A stretch of DNA of 64,000 nt. It comes from Octopus vulgaris. Taxonomy: Eukaryota. The notes under the pieces were generated by a model. That model saw nothing but the letters and a program-made list of their open reading frames with translations. It was not told the origin of the DNA and made no database searches. Position 1 is the stretch's first letter. Each line of letters starts with the position of its first letter. Location: NCBI GenBank assembly GCA_951406725.2, contig OX597815.1, positions 57,474,001 through 57,538,000 of the forward strand, given 5' to 3'. Positions 62,841 to 64,000 of this stretch are shown in pieces. The position numbers were made by a program, and so were the translations under genes.

Positions 62841-63906
62841 GCAGCTTTTTATGTTCTTTTATTTTTAAAGATAGGGTTTTTTGTCTCACAGTTTTCTTTG
62901 TTACATCAAAATTTTTTTTTTAAATCCTCTCTTTCAAACACCGATACATCGAAATTGAAGGAAATGACCATCATTATTAATATTAGGGTGGCAAGCTGGA
63001 AGAATTGTTAGTATGTCAGGCAAAATGCTTAGTGGCATTTTGTCCATCTTCACATTCTGAGTTCAAATTCTGCCGAGGTCAACTTTGCCTTTCATCCATT
63101 TTGAGGTTGGTAAAATAAGTACCAATAGGTCACTGGGGTCAATGTAGTCAACTTACCCACTTCCCCTGAAATTACTGGCCTTGTGCCAAAATTTGAACTC
63201 ATTATTATTATTATGGTAGTGAGCTGGTAGAATTGTTAACATGCTGGACAAAATGCTTAGTGGCATTTCTCCCAACTTTATTTTCAGAGTTCAAATGACC
63301 CTGGGGTCAGCTTTGCCTTTCATCCTTTTGTGATCATAAAATAAGTACCAGCTGAGCACTGGGGTCAATATCGACTTATCCCCTTCTCTGAACTTACTGG
63401 CCTTGTGCCAAAATATGAAATCATTATAGTCATCATCATCTTCATTGTCACAAATGTTGCCCTGATGACAGTGGAATATCAATGAAATTTTTGTATACTG
63501 CAGCTGCATTACCCTCAATATTTTGTTAAAATAAGATTACATTTTTTTGTGTCCAAAAGCTTTGAGTTAGATTTGGTGTTAATATAATGTTAATATGGAT
63601 GAAAACAAAAAGTTTGGGGCAAGATCAGAGGTCTTAGTGCCATAGGTATAGCACGTTTCAATGTCAAGCAGTCATGTACAGGAACAACAACAATAACAAC
63701 AACTATGTTCATGTCCATGTAAAGCCATCTTTTATCTCTATACATTTAATCTCTATACATCTCTATACAATTGTATAAAATCTATACAATCTCTATACAA
63801 TTTTATCTCTATACATTTAACATTTAATCTCTATAAATATGTTAGCTGTCATATTTGACAATTCTGTTGATGCATAATTCAGGTTTTTTTCTATTTATTT
63901 TTTCAG

Positions 63907-64000
63907 CCTCAACCCCAAATATGTATTTTGCCAATGGGCACTGGAAATGATTTATCCCAAGTTTTAGGTTGGGGAGAAATATTCACTGATCAAATAGAAG
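63907..64000 (+). CDS. DGKE: DGK epsilon-like exon, runs off the window; absent from the ORF track
   Basis: Polypyrimidine tract and CAG acceptor, then PQPQICILPMGTGNDLSQVLGWG, the conserved DGK LPxGTGNDL motif, in phase with the previous exon. Confidence 0.92.

Larger units (their letters stand above)
58975..63425 (+). mobile_element. Cluster of at least 8 same-strand ~210-bp tRNA-derived SINEs with a Nin/Deu-like core
   Basis: Copies near 58975, 59612, 60150, 60333, 60540, 61073, 62985 and 63214, sharing agctggcagaattgttag...gagttcaaattc...gcctttcatcctttc.gggtcgataaaataagtacc...gtgccaaaatttgaa.cc(att)n. Confidence 0.85.

Overview
Repeat-dominated, AT-rich animal genomic DNA, inferred to be cephalopod (probably Octopus) from its tRNA-derived SINE families and (GAT)n-tailed RTE LINEs. 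The only host gene I can support is a diacylglycerol kinase epsilon-like gene on the + strand, with three coding exons (48046-48726, 60768-60911, 63907 to the window end). The rest is a nested transposon landscape. It includes a Gypsy LTR element with paired LTRs, a tRNA-Trp PBS and a 4-bp TSD inside an RTE LINE; five copies of a PHD-finger-bearing RTE family, one with an uninterrupted ~1050-aa frame and tandem 345-bp 5' monomers; older BovB-like RTEs; Dong/R4-like REL LINEs; a Tc1 element; a hAT fragment; Merlin-like foldback MITEs; non-autonomous Helitrons; Penelope-like inverted repeats carrying hammerhead ribozyme folds; and SINE clusters. The most unusual observation is a HERO-like REL non-LTR retrotransposon (18314-22793, - strand) bounded by ~0.58-kb LTR-like direct repeats. 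Each repeat contains the three hammerhead ribozyme core segments with complementary helices, in an order that is not a standard type I/II/III circular permutation. All family assignments come from motif recognition by eye, not database searches. Boundaries of degenerate elements are approximate.
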